52,178 bases of DNA, taken from contig CAYMZC010000001.1 in the NCBI GenBank assembly GCA_964394815.1, positions 1-52,178 on the forward strand, given 5' to 3'. Of this stretch, positions 1 to 10,024 are shown one piece after another. A program made the position numbers and the translations under genes. The notes beneath the pieces are model-generated. The model searched no databases, was not told the DNA's origin, and saw only the letters and a program-made list of their open reading frames with translations. Each line of letters starts with the position of its first letter. The stretch's first letter is position 1. This stretch comes from an uncultured Sandaracinobacter sp. Its GTDB lineage: Bacteria > Pseudomonadota > Alphaproteobacteria > Sphingomonadales > Sphingomonadaceae.

Positions 1-109
1 CATTTCGGCGATTGGAAGATAGAGGTCCACGCCCCTGTCCTTAGAGCCGCTTTTGCCGCGGGTGAAGGCGGCTTGCGCCAAAGGGTCGGGATTGGGCAAG
101 GATGGCGGC

Positions 110-1471
110 ATGACAAACCCCGTTCACATCATCGGCGGCGGCCTCGCCGGTTCCGAAGCCGCCTGGCAGCTTGCTTCCCGCGGCGTTCCTGTCGTGCTGC
201 ATGAAATGCGCGGCGGCCGCATGACGCCCGCCCACCAGACCGACCGGCTGGCCGAGCTGGTCTGCTCCAACAGCTTCCGCTCGGATGATGCCGATTACAA
301 TGCCGTCGGGCTTCTGCATGCCGAGATGCGGGCGATGGATTCGCTCGTGATGCGGGCAGCCGATGGCGCCCGCGTGCCGGCCGGATCGGCGCTGGCGGTC
401 GATCGCGACATTTTCGCGCGCGCCGTGACCGGCGCGCTGGAAGCGCACCCGCTGGTCGAGATCCGGCGCGAGGAAGTGACGGCGCCATCGCCCGACTGGC
501 CCGATGTGCTGATCGCCACCGGCCCCCTCACTTCGGAGCCGCTCGCCCGCTTCATCCAGGGGCTGACGGGGGAGGCGCATCTGGCCTTCTTCGACGCCAT
601 CGCCCCCATCGTCCACACCGACAGCATCGACATGTCGGTTGCGTGGCGGCAATCCCGCTATGACAAGGCCGGCGACGGCAGCCTGCATGCGCCCGGCGAG
701 GGCGACTATGTCAACTGCCCGCTGGACAAGGCGCAGTATCTGGCCTTCGTCGAGGCGCTGAACAGCGGCGAAAAGGCCGAGTTCCGCGAGTGGGAGCGCG
801 ACACACCCTATTTCGACGGCTGCATGCCTATCGAGGTGATGGCCGCGCGCGGGCTGGACACGCTGCGCTATGGCCCGATGAAGCCCGTGGGCCTTCGCGA
901 CCCGCGCACCGGGCGCAGGCCGTGGGCGGTGGTGCAGCTGCGGCAGGACAATGCGTCGGGCACGTTGATGAACATGGTCGGCTTCCAGACCAAGCTGAAG
1001 CATGGCGAACAGGTCCGCATCTTCCGCACCATTCCCGGCCTCGAGGGGGCCGAGTTCGCCCGCCTCGGCGGGCTTCACCGCAACAGCTTCATCCGCTCGC
1101 CCGTGCTGCTCGATTCGGGCCTCAGGCTGAAGGCGGACCCGCGCATCAGCTTCGCCGGCCAGATCACCGGCTGTGAGGGCTATGTCGAATCGGCGGCCGT
1201 CGGGCTGATGGCCGGCCATTTCATGGCCGCCCGCCGCGCCGGGCGGGCCGTGTCGCCGCCGCCGGTCGATACCGCCATGGGCGCGCTACTGGCCCATATC
1301 ACCGGGGCCGCCATGGCTGAAAGCTTCCAGCCCATGAACGTGAACTTCGGGCTGTTCCCGTCCATCGAGGGGGTGAAGAAGGGGCGGGAGCGCAAGGCGG
1401 CGCTAAGCGCCCGCGCCCGCACCGCGCACCAGACCTGGCTGCGGGCGGAGGGGGTGCCCGCCGCCGCCTGA
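110..1471 (+). CDS. trmFO: Folate/FAD-dependent tRNA (uracil-5)-methyltransferase TrmFO (Gid)
   Basis: N-terminal [17 protein letters not shown]-binding motif, [38 protein letters not shown] and [12 protein letters not shown] at 110 is preferred over the TTG at 53. Confidence 0.97.
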   Translation: MTNPVHIIGGGLAGSEAAWQLASRGVPVVLHEMRGGRMTPAHQTDRLAELVCSNSFRSDDADYNAVGLLHAEMRAMDSLVMRAADGARVPAGSALAVDRDIFARAVTGALEAHPLVEIRREEVTAPSPDWPDVLIATGPLTSEPLARFIQGLTGEAHLAFFDAIAPIVHTDSIDMSVAWRQSRYDKAGDGSLHAPGEGDYVNCPLDKAQYLAFVEALNSGEKAEFREWERDTPYFDGCMPIEVMAARGLDTLRYGPMKPVGLRDPRTGRRPWAVVQLRQDNASGTLMNMVGFQTKLKHGEQVRIFRTIPGLEGAEFARLGGLHRNSFIRSPVLLDSGLRLKADPRISFAGQITGCEGYVESAAVGLMAGHFMAARRAGRAVSPPPVDTAMGALLAHITGAAMAESFQPMNVNFGLFPSIEGVKKGRERKAALSARARTAHQTWLRAEGVPAAA

Positions 1472-1536
1472 CGGCGGCTGACAGGAGGGCGCGCCGCCTG
1501 ACGGCGGCGAATAGGGGCGCGCCGCCTGACGGCGGC
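1463..1536. repeat. Three copies of the 16-bp hairpin GCCGCC-TGAC-GGCGGC with 14- and 12-nt spacers (REP-like array)
   Basis: Identical copies at 1463-1478, 1493-1508 and 1521-1536, between convergent genes. The first copy carries the trmFO stop codon in its loop. Confidence 0.9.
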
Positions 1537-1553
1537 TGGCCCTCTGTCCGCCC

Positions 1554-2876
1554 TCACGGCGCCGGCTTGATGACGTCGCCGCCCTTCATCACGAAGTCGA
1601 CCGTCTTCAGCGCCCGGATATCCGCCAGCGGGTCGCCCGAGACGGCGATGATGTCGGCATGCATGCCGGGCCGCAGGGCGCCCGCCATATCCTTCAGGCC
1701 AAGAAGCTCGGCGGCGTTGATCGTGGCGGCGTGGATTGCCATGGCGGGCGTCATGCCATGCTCGACCATCAGTTCGAATTCGTCGGCGTTGCGGCCATGC
1801 TTCGAAACCCCGGCATCCGTTCCGAACGCGATCCGCACGCCGGCGGGCACTGCCTTGCGCAGCGACTTGCCGGTGATCTCTAGGCGCCATTTCACCTTTT
1901 CCAGCACGGCGGGCGGATAGGCGTCCGGGTTGGCCGCCAGCCGCTCGCGATAGCCGTTCACGGTGCTCAGGGTCGGTACGTAGAAGGCGCCGGATTTGCG
2001 GAACAGCCGGATCGTCTCGTCATCCGGCATGGTGCCATGCTCGATGGAATCCGCACCTGCCGCCAGCGCGACATTGATACCGCCCGTTCCATGGGCATGC
2101 ACGGCCACCTTCTTGCCGTGGAGGTGCGCAGTTTCGACCACCGCGCGCGCTTCATCCTCGAACATCTGCTGGCCGAGGCCCGCGCCGGTCCGGCTGTTGA
2201 CCCCGCCCGTCGTCGCGATCTTGATCACGTCCACCCCGCGCCGAACCTGCCGCCGAACCGCCTCGCGGCACTGGGCCGGGCCGTTGCAAAGATTGTCCTG
2301 ATCGATGGCGTGGTGAAGCTGTTCACCGAGGCTCAGGGTCGAATCCATGTGGCCTGAGGTTACGGAAATCGAGCGCCCCGCATCGACGATACGCGGCCCC
2401 TGCACCCAGCCGGCCTCGATCGCTTCGCGCAGGGCGAGGGTGGCGCCGCTGCCATCCCCGAGATTCCGCACGGTGGTGAAGCCGGCCATCAGTGTCTTCA
2501 TGCCGTTCCACTGGGCGCGCAGCGCATCGAGCCCGGGCGATGCCGTCACGCCTTCGATCAGGGCTGCCTCGCCACCCGCATCCGAATCGAGGTGCACGTG
2601 GCTGTCGATCAGGCCGGGCAGGATGAAGCGCGTGCCCAGATCGATGATTTTCGCTCCGGCAGGCGCCTGACGGCCCGGAAGCAGCGCCGCGATCCTGCCA
2701 TTCTCGATGAGGATGGAAGTCGGCCCAAGCGGCGCTTTCCCCGGCTCGGCAAGGACCCGGTCCGCCTGGATGACGATGGCCGAAGCCGGTGCGGCGCTAG
2801 CGGGTGCAGCCATGAGGGCTGCAAAAGACAGGGCAGGGAATGAAAGGGCGGCAAGGGCTGCAATCGCGGTGCGCAT
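1554..2876 (-). CDS. Exported metal-dependent amidohydrolase (Xaa-Pro dipeptidase/prolidase-like TIM barrel)
   Basis: Signal-peptide-like N-terminus, LPGLIDSHVH (HxH), GFTTVRN, VDVIKI, VAVHAHG, SIEHG and IAFGTDAG. RBS AAGGAG lies upstream. Confidence 0.9.
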   Translation of the reverse strand: MRTAIAALAALSFPALSFAALMAAPASAAPASAIVIQADRVLAEPGKAPLGPTSILIENGRIAALLPGRQAPAGAKIIDLGTRFILPGLIDSHVHLDSDAGGEAALIEGVTASPGLDALRAQWNGMKTLMAGFTTVRNLGDGSGATLALREAIEAGWVQGPRIVDAGRSISVTSGHMDSTLSLGEQLHHAIDQDNLCNGPAQCREAVRRQVRRGVDVIKIATTGGVNSRTGAGLGQQMFEDEARAVVETAHLHGKKVAVHAHGTGGINVALAAGADSIEHGTMPDDETIRLFRKSGAFYVPTLSTVNGYRERLAANPDAYPPAVLEKVKWRLEITGKSLRKAVPAGVRIAFGTDAGVSKHGRNADEFELMVEHGMTPAMAIHAATINAAELLGLKDMAGALRPGMHADIIAVSGDPLADIRALKTVDFVMKGGDVIKPAP

Positions 2877-2965
2877 CGGCGTGTCTCCTTCGTGGGGAAG
2901 ACACTAGCTGCTCATGACAGGCTGGCAAGCGGGCCGGAAGGGGCCGACGCTCCGGATAGCGGGCC

Positions 2966-3379
2966 TCAGGAAAGGGCGGCGCGCAGCTTCCAGTTGCGCC
3001 AGTGGGCCCAGGCGATCATCAGGCCGCCGCCCACGGTCAGCAGCTGTTCCAGCAGGTGATGCCCATGGGCGAGGGCGCCGGCTGCCATCAGGGTGAAGCC
3101 CAGCGCCGCCATGCGGGCGGGGGCGGGGCGGCCATGGTTTTCAAGCCCCTTCCACAGCGCATGAATGGAAAAGGGCAGCGCCATGAGCAGCAGCGCCCAG
3201 TGCAGCCATTCAGGGCCTTCCAGCGCATCGGCCGAAAGGCCGGCGAACAGTGGCAGCAGGCCGACGCCCAGGGGCATCAGCAGGCAGTGCAGGAGGCACA
3301 GGCTGGAAAGGGCCGCGGCAAGGCCATCCGGAATCAGGCCGCGCGTGCCGTCCTCGCCGACCCTGTGCTTGCCGGGCAT
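2966..3379 (-). CDS. MerC-domain small membrane protein (putative metal transporter)
   Basis: D-x6-SSLCLLHCL N-terminal motif typical of the MerC domain family, four hydrophobic segments, His residues (WLHW, AHGHH) and C-terminal AHWRNW. Confidence 0.8.
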   Translation of the reverse strand: MPGKHRVGEDGTRGLIPDGLAAALSSLCLLHCLLMPLGVGLLPLFAGLSADALEGPEWLHWALLLMALPFSIHALWKGLENHGRPAPARMAALGFTLMAAGALAHGHHLLEQLLTVGGGLMIAWAHWRNWKLRAALS

Positions 3380-3409
3380 GGAAATCGAATCTCTCCTCAA
3401 CACCGGGAG

Positions 3410-3426
3410 ATGAGATAATATCACAT
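3410..3426. promoter_or_regulatory. Putative Zur (Fur-family) operator, 8-1-8 inverted repeat
   Basis: ATGAGATA-A-TATCACAT has one mismatch between arms and is an AT-rich island about 30 nt upstream of the MerC-domain start. It resembles the proteobacterial Zur box ATGTTATA-N-TATAACAT. Confidence 0.55.
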
Positions 3427-3453
3427 GCCCGGCCGGTCAAGCTGTCCCGGCTA

Positions 3454-5067
3454 TCAGCCGCCGAGGCTTGGATAGAGGATGGTGTCGCGCGGTTCGGCCA
3501 GGGTTTCGGGATAGTCGCTGGTGAAGTGCAGCCCGCGCGATTCCTTGCGCTCGCGCGCGGATCGCACGATGAGGTCAGCCACTTCCACCAGGTTGCGCAG
3601 CTCCAGAAGATCGGGCGTGACGCGGAATTCGCCGTAATAATCCGCGATTTCCTGCCGCAGCAGCGCAACCCGGTGGGCGGCGCGCTCGAGGCGGCGGTTG
3701 GTGCGCACGATGCCGACATAGTCCCACATGAAGCGGCGCAGTTCGTCCCAGTTGTGGGACACCACGACCTCCTCGTCGGAGGAGGTGACGCGGCTTTCGT
3801 CCCACGGGCGGATGGGGGCCGGCGGCGGCGTATCGGCAAAGGAAGAGAGGATATCGTCCGCCGCCGAAGCGCCGAAGACAAGGCATTCCAGCAGGCTGTT
3901 CGATGCCATGCGGTTGGCCCCATGCAGGCCCGACTGGGTGACTTCGCCGATGGCATAGAGCCCGGCGAGGTCGGTGCGGCCATGCAGATCCACCAAGACG
4001 CCGCCACAGGTATAATGTGCGGCCGGCACGACCGGGATGGGCTGGCGGGTGGCATCGACCCCGAGTTCGGACAGCCGTTTCACGATGGTGGGGAAATGCT
4101 GCTCCACGAAGCCGGGTTCGAGGTGGGTCATGTCGAGCAGGACATGGGGCAGGCCGAGGCGCTTCATCTCGGCGTCGATGGCGCGGGCCACGACATCGCG
4201 CGGGGCGAGTTCGCGGCGGCTGTCATAGCGCTCCATGAAGGCTTCGCCATCGGGAAGGCGCAGGATGCCGCCTTCGCCGCGCATGGCTTCGGTGATGAGG
4301 AAATTCTTCACCTGCGGATGGTAGAGGCAGGTGGGGTGGAACTGGTTGAACTCCATGTTGGAGACACGGCAGCCTGCGCGCCAGGCCATGGCGATGCCGT
4401 CTCCGGTGGAACCGTCGGGGTTGGTGGAGAAGCGGTAGACGCGCGATGCGCCGCCCGTCGCCAGAATGACGGCCCGCCCCACGAGCCGGCGAACATGGCC
4501 GCTTGCCCGGTCCAGCGCATAGAGGCCCATGGCCCGGCGCGCTGAAAAGCCGCGCCCCTCGGCATGGCGTTCGGTAATTATGTCTACGGCCACATGGTCG
4601 GGCAGGAAGCGGATGCCCGGCGTGGACAGCGCCGCGCGCTCCAGCGCCTTCTGCACCGCCCAGCCGGTCGCGTCGTCCACATGGACGATGCGGCGGGCGG
4701 AATGGCCGCCTTCTCGGGTGAGGTGCCAGCGTTCGGAGACGGTTTCGCCCGGGTTGAATGGCACGCCCAGCCTGGCCAGCCGTTCGATGGCTTCCGGCGC
4801 ATTTTCCACCACGAACTCGACCGTTCGGCGATCGTTGAGACCGGCGCCGGCCACCATCGTATCCTCGATGTGGCTTTCGAAGGTGTCGCCCTCGTCGAGC
4901 ACGGCGGCGATGCCGCCCTGTGCCCAGGCGGTGGAGCCGGCGGAGATGTCGGACTTCGACAGCACCAGGACCTTGAGACCGCCCCCGGCCAGATGGAGCG
5001 CCGCTGTCAGCCCGGCCGCCCCCGACCCGATGATGACGACATCGGCTTCGATCGGGTTGTCATGCAT
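3454..5067 (-). CDS. nadB: L-aspartate oxidase
   Basis: GSGAAG FAD motif, STAWAQGGIAA, TREGGHS, QFHPT, EAMRGEG, AAHYTCGG, GLHGANRMASNSLLE and ESRGLH. Confidence 0.97.
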   Translation of the reverse strand: MHDNPIEADVVIIGSGAAGLTAALHLAGGGLKVLVLSKSDISAGSTAWAQGGIAAVLDEGDTFESHIEDTMVAGAGLNDRRTVEFVVENAPEAIERLARLGVPFNPGETVSERWHLTREGGHSARRIVHVDDATGWAVQKALERAALSTPGIRFLPDHVAVDIITERHAEGRGFSARRAMGLYALDRASGHVRRLVGRAVILATGGASRVYRFSTNPDGSTGDGIAMAWRAGCRVSNMEFNQFHPTCLYHPQVKNFLITEAMRGEGGILRLPDGEAFMERYDSRRELAPRDVVARAIDAEMKRLGLPHVLLDMTHLEPGFVEQHFPTIVKRLSELGVDATRQPIPVVPAAHYTCGGVLVDLHGRTDLAGLYAIGEVTQSGLHGANRMASNSLLECLVFGASAADDILSSFADTPPPAPIRPWDESRVTSSDEEVVVSHNWDELRRFMWDYVGIVRTNRRLERAAHRVALLRQEIADYYGEFRVTPDLLELRNLVEVADLIVRSARERKESRGLHFTSDYPETLAEPRDTILYPSLGG

Positions 5068-5202
5068 GGGCGGTGCTGCTCCTCGTCGGTAAATGGCGTA
5101 AAGGCGAAAGGACTGTCATCGCTTTTCCTTCCGGCCATCAGGCGCTTCTGTCACGATGCCATGGGCATCGCGGTTCAGCTTGTCGGGATCGGGTGCCCCT
5201 GT

Positions 5203-5245
5203 CCAGCCTGATGAAAGCGGCCAGCCTGATGAAACCGGCCAGCCC
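5203..5245. repeat. 18-bp tandem repeat (CCAGCCTGATGAAA[G/C]CGG), two copies plus a partial third, upstream of nadB
   Basis: Copies at 5203-5220 and 5221-5238, then CCAGCCC at 5239-5245. Confidence 0.85.
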
Positions 5246-5280
5246 CTCGCGCCCGGCAAGCCGGTGCGGTCAAGAGCGCT

Positions 5281-6195
5281 TCAGCCCTGGCCGCCCGTCA
5301 GTTCCAGGAACACATCCTCCAGATCGGCTTCGCGTGTCGTCACGTCGACGACGCTCAGGCCCATGGCCTGCAGCCGCGTGAGGATGGCGCCGGCCTGGAT
5401 CCGGCTCTTGTCGTAGAGGATGTCGAGCCGGCGGCTGTCGAGCAGGTCGACCCGTGTCGCGCCTTCGATGACCGGCGCTTCGGCAAGGTCCGTATCCAGG
5501 GCAACCACCACGCGCTTCTCGCGCGCCTGCGACAGCAGGGTCTGCTTGTCGGTATCCGCCACGATGCGGCCGTGGTTCACGATCGCGATGCGGTCGCAAA
5601 GCTCCTCGGCTTCTTCGAGATAATGGGTGGTCAGCACGACCGTGGTGCCATTGGCGTGCAGTTCGCGCACATAGCTCCAGAGCATCTGGCGAAGCTCGAT
5701 GTCGACACCGGCCGTCGGCTCGTCGAGGATGATGACGGGCGGATTGTGGACAAGGGCCTTGGCGATCAGCAGCCGGCGCTTCATGCCGCCCGACAGGGTG
5801 CGGGCATAGGCGTGGGCCTTGTCTTCCAGCCGCACCTTGCGCAGCAGTTCCATCGAGCGGCGCTGGTCTTTCGGCACACCGAACAGCCCGGCCTGAAGTT
5901 CGAGTGTCTCGTAGGGCGTGAAGAAGGCGTCGAACAGAAGTTCCTGCGGCACGACGCCGAGCGAGGCCTTGGCGTTGCGGGGGTTCTGGTCGATGTCGAA
6001 GCCCCAGACTTCGGCCGTGCCGCCCGTTTTCACCACCAGCCCGGCGAGGATGTTGATGAGGGTGGACTTGCCCGCACCGTTCGGGCCCAGAAGGCCGAAC
6101 ATCGACCCGCGCGGGATCGACAGGTCGATGCCGTCGAGCGCGCGCTTGCCGCCCGCATAGGTCTTTTGCAGACCGCGAAGGCGGATGGCGTCCAT
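5281..6195 (-). CDS. ABC-2 type transporter ATP-binding protein (YadG-like)
   Basis: Walker A GPNGAGKS, signature LSGGMKRR, Walker B IILDEPT and H-loop TTHY. The ATG at 6195 overlaps the leuC stop (TGATG). Confidence 0.93.
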   Translation of the reverse strand: MDAIRLRGLQKTYAGGKRALDGIDLSIPRGSMFGLLGPNGAGKSTLINILAGLVVKTGGTAEVWGFDIDQNPRNAKASLGVVPQELLFDAFFTPYETLELQAGLFGVPKDQRRSMELLRKVRLEDKAHAYARTLSGGMKRRLLIAKALVHNPPVIILDEPTAGVDIELRQMLWSYVRELHANGTTVVLTTHYLEEAEELCDRIAIVNHGRIVADTDKQTLLSQAREKRVVVALDTDLAEAPVIEGATRVDLLDSRRLDILYDKSRIQAGAILTRLQAMGLSVVDVTTREADLEDVFLELTGGQG

Positions 6196-7610
6196 CAGGC
6201 TGAAACCAGCTGCCGCACGTCTGTCAGGCGGCCGGTGACGGCTGCCGCCGCCGCCATCGCCGGGGACATCAGGTGCGTGCGTGCGCCCGGCCCCTGCCGG
6301 CCGACGAAGTTGCGGTTGGAGGTGGAGGCGCAGCGTTCCCCGGAGGGCACCTTGTCGGGGTTCATGCCCAGGCACATCGAGCAGCCTGGTTCGCGCCACT
6401 GGAAGCCTGCCTCGGTGAAGATGCGGTCGAGGCCCTCGGCTTCCGCCTGGCGCTTCACCAGCCCTGATCCCGGCACCACCAGCGCCTGACGGACCGTGCC
6501 GGCGACCTTCCGGCCCTTCACCACGGCGGCAGCCGCGCGCAGATCCTCGATGCGGCTGTTGGTGCAGCTGCCGATGAAGATGTTCTCGACCGGAACGTCC
6601 TCGATGCGGGTGCCGGGCGTGAGGCCCATGTAGGCAAGGGATTTCTCAACCGCGGCGCGCTTGGACGGGTCTGCGAAGCTGTCGGGCGAGGGCACGGCCC
6701 CGGTGATGGCGACGACGTCTTCCGGGCTGGTGCCCCAGGTGACGAGCGGGGCGATCGTCGTGCCGTCGATCGTCACTTCGCGGTCGAAACGGGCGCCCGC
6801 ATCGCTCGGCAGCTGCCGCCACCAGGCGATCGCCTGCTCCAGCATCGCGCCTTTGGGTGCGCGCGGCCGGCCGGAGACATAGGCGAAGGTCTTTTCATCG
6901 GGCGCGACGAGACCGGCGCGGCCGCCCGCCTCGATCGACATGTTGCAGAGCGTCATCCGCCCTTCCATGCTCAAGGCCTCGATCACCGGCCCGCGAAACT
7001 CGATGACATGTCCGGTCGCGCCCGCCGTGCCGATCGCGCCGATGATGGCGAGCGCCACGTCCTTGGCGGTGATGGAAAAGCCGAGGCTGCCGGTGACATT
7101 GACGGCGAGGTTCCGGCTTTTCTGCAGGAGCAGCGTCTGGGTGGCGAAGACATGCTCCACCTCCGACGTGCCGATTCCGAAAGCCAGCGTGCCGAAGGCG
7201 CCGTGGGTGGAGGTGTGGCTGTCGCCGCAGACCATGGTGAGGCCGGGCAAGGTGAAGCCCTGTTCCGGCCCGATCACATGGACGATGCCCTGTTCGGGCG
7301 CGTCGATCTCGAAATATTCGACTCCGAAATCGGCGCAGTTGCGCTTCAGGGCGGCAAGCTGGGCGGCCGATTCCGGGTCGAGGATGGGAAGGCTGCGGTC
7401 CGTCGTCGGCACATTGTGATCGGGGACGGCAAGCGTCAGGTCAGGACGGCGCAGGCGGCGCCCGGCGGCGCGCAGGCCATCGAAGGCCTGGGGCGTCGTG
7501 ACCTCGTGGATCAGGTGGCGGTCGATGAAGATCAGGCTGGTGCCATCGTCGCGGGTGGCGACGACATGGTCGTCCCAGATCTTGTCGTAAAGCGTGCGCG
7601 TTCCTGTCAT
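6195..7610 (-). CDS. leuC: 3-isopropylmalate dehydratase large subunit
   Basis: [52 protein letters not shown] and STSNRNF. Confidence 0.98.
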   Translation of the reverse strand: MTGTRTLYDKIWDDHVVATRDDGTSLIFIDRHLIHEVTTPQAFDGLRAAGRRLRRPDLTLAVPDHNVPTTDRSLPILDPESAAQLAALKRNCADFGVEYFEIDAPEQGIVHVIGPEQGFTLPGLTMVCGDSHTSTHGAFGTLAFGIGTSEVEHVFATQTLLLQKSRNLAVNVTGSLGFSITAKDVALAIIGAIGTAGATGHVIEFRGPVIEALSMEGRMTLCNMSIEAGGRAGLVAPDEKTFAYVSGRPRAPKGAMLEQAIAWWRQLPSDAGARFDREVTIDGTTIAPLVTWGTSPEDVVAITGAVPSPDSFADPSKRAAVEKSLAYMGLTPGTRIEDVPVENIFIGSCTNSRIEDLRAAAAVVKGRKVAGTVRQALVVPGSGLVKRQAEAEGLDRIFTEAGFQWREPGCSMCLGMNPDKVPSGERCASTSNRNFVGRQGPGARTHLMSPAMAAAAAVTGRLTDVRQLVSA

Positions 7611-7655
7611 GCCTTGGGCGTTAGGCCCGTGGCGGCCTGCTGGTCAAGCGGAGCG

Positions 7656-8660
7656 TCAGATACCCTTTTCCGCCCGGAAGGCCCGCCAGCGGGCGACATT
7701 GGCCTGATGCTCGGCATAGGTGCGGGCAAAGGCATGGCCGCCGCTGCCATCGGCCACCATAAACAGATAGTCGTTCGGCTCAGGGTCGAGCACGGCGGCG
7801 AGGCTTTCGCGGCCGGGGTTGGCGATCGGGCCTATCGGCAGGCCTGCGCGGCGATAGCTGTTGTAGCCATTGTCGGCCCGCAGTTCCGAAAGCCGGATGC
7901 GCCGCCCCAGCGGCTTTCCGCGCGTGACGGGGTAGATCACCGTCGGGTCGGCTTCCAGCCGCATGCCGGCCCGCAGGCGGTTGGTGTAGAGGCCGGCGAT
8001 CCGTCGCCGTTCCGAGGCGAGGCCGCTTTCCTTTTCCACGATGGAGGCAAGGATGACAGCTTCTTCCTTCGTCTTCACCACGGCCCGCGCGGTGCGCCTT
8101 TCCCACAGCCGGTCGAGTTCGGCGTCCATGGCCTTCTGCATGCGCGCCATCACGGCTGCCCGGCTTTCGCCGACCTTCGCCTCATAGGTGGCGGGCAGGA
8201 TGCTGCCTTCGGCCGGTGTTTCCACCATGCCCTCCAGCCGTTCCATCGCGTTCAGCCGTTCGGCCACCATGATGCTGGGCATGCCCTCGGGAATGGTGAC
8301 GCGCACGGTCAGCGTGTCGCCGCGCTGCATGCGCGCGAGAATGGCGCCCCAGCCTTCGCCCGGTCGCACTTCATAGACACCATGCTGGATGGCGCGACCG
8401 CCGCCGAACAGGCGGGTCATCAGCCGGAAAAGCCGGGCATCGCTGACAGCGCCGGCATCTTCCAGCAGGGCCGCCGCGCGGGCGAGGCTGGCCCCGCGCG
8501 GGATCTCGACCTCTATGGCTGGCGCATCGGGCGGCGTGGGGGCGCGCCACTGCTGCAGCGCCCACAGACCGGACAGAATCAGCACCGCGACCAGCGCGGC
8601 GGGAAGCAGGAGCAACCACCGCCGCGCCGGCCTCGCCGGCCCGCCTGAGCCTGCCGCCAT
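7656..8660 (-). CDS. mltG: Endolytic transglycosylase MltG
   Basis: N-terminal TM anchor, VTIPEG, LASIVEKE (catalytic Glu), LEADPTVIY, YNSY, GLPIGPIANPG, YLFMVADG. Located after fabF as usual. Confidence 0.95.
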   Translation of the reverse strand: MAAGSGGPARPARRWLLLLPAALVAVLILSGLWALQQWRAPTPPDAPAIEVEIPRGASLARAAALLEDAGAVSDARLFRLMTRLFGGGRAIQHGVYEVRPGEGWGAILARMQRGDTLTVRVTIPEGMPSIMVAERLNAMERLEGMVETPAEGSILPATYEAKVGESRAAVMARMQKAMDAELDRLWERRTARAVVKTKEEAVILASIVEKESGLASERRRIAGLYTNRLRAGMRLEADPTVIYPVTRGKPLGRRIRLSELRADNGYNSYRRAGLPIGPIANPGRESLAAVLDPEPNDYLFMVADGSGGHAFARTYAEHQANVARWRAFRAEKGI

Positions 8661-8667
8661 GGCGCGA

Positions 8668-9915
8668 TCAGATCTTGCGGAAGATGACCGTGGCGTTTGT
8701 GCCGCCAAAGCCGAAGCTGTTGTTCAGCACAGCCTCGACCTTGCGCTCCTTCGCCTTCCAGGGCACGAGGTCGACGCCCTCGGCGCCGTCCACCGGATCA
8801 TCGAGGTTGAGCGTGGGCGGAACGATCTGGTCGCGCATGGCGAGCAGGGTGAAGATGCTCTCCACCGCGCCGGCGCCACCCAGAAGATGGCCGATGGCGG
8901 ATTTGGTGGAACTCATCGACACGCCCTTGATGGCGTCGCCGAACAGGCGCTTCACGGCGCCGAGTTCCAGTTCGTCGCCCATCGGGGTGGAGGTGCCGTG
9001 GGCGTTCACATAGTGGATGGCTTCGGGGCCGATTCCGGCGCGCTTCAGCGCCATTTCCATGGAGCGGTAGGCGCCGCGGCCTTCGGGGTGCGGGGCGGTC
9101 ACATGATAGGCATCGCCGGTCAGGCCATAGCCGATCACTTCGCCATAGATGGTGGCGCCGCGCTTTTTCGCGCGCTCATATTCTTCCAGCACGACGCAGC
9201 CGGCGCCTTCGCCCATCACGAAGCCGTCGCGCGCCTTGTCCCACGGGCGGCTGGCGCGGGCGGGTTCGTCATTGAAGGCGGTGGACAGGGCGCGCGCCTG
9301 GGCGAAGCCGGCAATGCCGATGGGGCAGATGGCGGCTTCGGCGCCGCCGGCAACCATCACGTCGGCATCATCGAGGGCGATGAGGCGGGCGGCGTCGCCG
9401 ATGGCGTGGGCGCCGGTCGAGCAGGCGGTGACGACCGCGTGATTCGGACCCATCAGGCCATATTTGATGGAAACCTGGCCCGACACGAGGTTGATGAGGC
9501 GGCCATGCACGAAATGCGGGCTGACCCGGCGCGGCCCGCGTTCGTGGAGCACGATGGATTCGCTGGCGATGCCGGGCAGGCCACCAATGCCCGAACCGAT
9601 GAGCACGCCGGCGCGAAGCCGGTCTTCCTCGCTCATGTCGGTGAGGCCGGCGCTTTCCAGCGCCTGCGAGGCTGCATCGATGCCGAACACGATGAACGGG
9701 TCCACCTGCCGCTGGATCTTGTGATCGACGCGCAGGTTCGGGTCGAAATCCCCGGGCTTCACTTCGCAGGCGATGCGGCAGGCATAGTCGCTGGCATCGA
9801 AGTGGGTGATCGGCCCGGCGCCGGACTGACCTTCCAGAAGCCGTTTCCAGGTGGTCTCGACGCTGCCGCCCAGCGGCGTGACTAGACCAAGACCTGTGAT
9901 GACAACGCGGCGCAT
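8668..9915 (-). CDS. fabF: Beta-ketoacyl-ACP synthase II
   Basis: MRRVVITGLG, TACSTG (catalytic Cys), NAHGTST, GHLLGGAG and NNSFGFGG. Confidence 0.98.
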   Translation of the reverse strand: MRRVVITGLGLVTPLGGSVETTWKRLLEGQSGAGPITHFDASDYACRIACEVKPGDFDPNLRVDHKIQRQVDPFIVFGIDAASQALESAGLTDMSEEDRLRAGVLIGSGIGGLPGIASESIVLHERGPRRVSPHFVHGRLINLVSGQVSIKYGLMGPNHAVVTACSTGAHAIGDAARLIALDDADVMVAGGAEAAICPIGIAGFAQARALSTAFNDEPARASRPWDKARDGFVMGEGAGCVVLEEYERAKKRGATIYGEVIGYGLTGDAYHVTAPHPEGRGAYRSMEMALKRAGIGPEAIHYVNAHGTSTPMGDELELGAVKRLFGDAIKGVSMSSTKSAIGHLLGGAGAVESIFTLLAMRDQIVPPTLNLDDPVDGAEGVDLVPWKAKERKVEAVLNNSFGFGGTNATVIFRKI

Positions 9916-10024
9916 CCGCCTCTCCTTCCCATCAGGGCCGCGGCAGGCGCGGCCACATCTCTGCCCTCATTCTGGTGCGTGCGCACCGCATAGCAAGGCG
10001 GCCCCGAAGCGCAAGGCCCCGGAG

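Noticed and set aside
1463-1536. Mini-CRISPR (palindromic repeats with variable spacers)
   Set aside because: Repeats of 16 bp and spacers of 12-14 nt are too short, the spacers resemble each other, and there is no leader or cas gene.
2966-3379. Mercury resistance locus
   Set aside because: There is only a lone MerC-domain gene, with no merR, merA, merT or merP.
5208-5234. Hammerhead ribozyme (CTGATGA...GAAA)
   Set aside because: The core words come from the tandem duplication. The intervening sequence cannot form stem II and I found no stems I or III.
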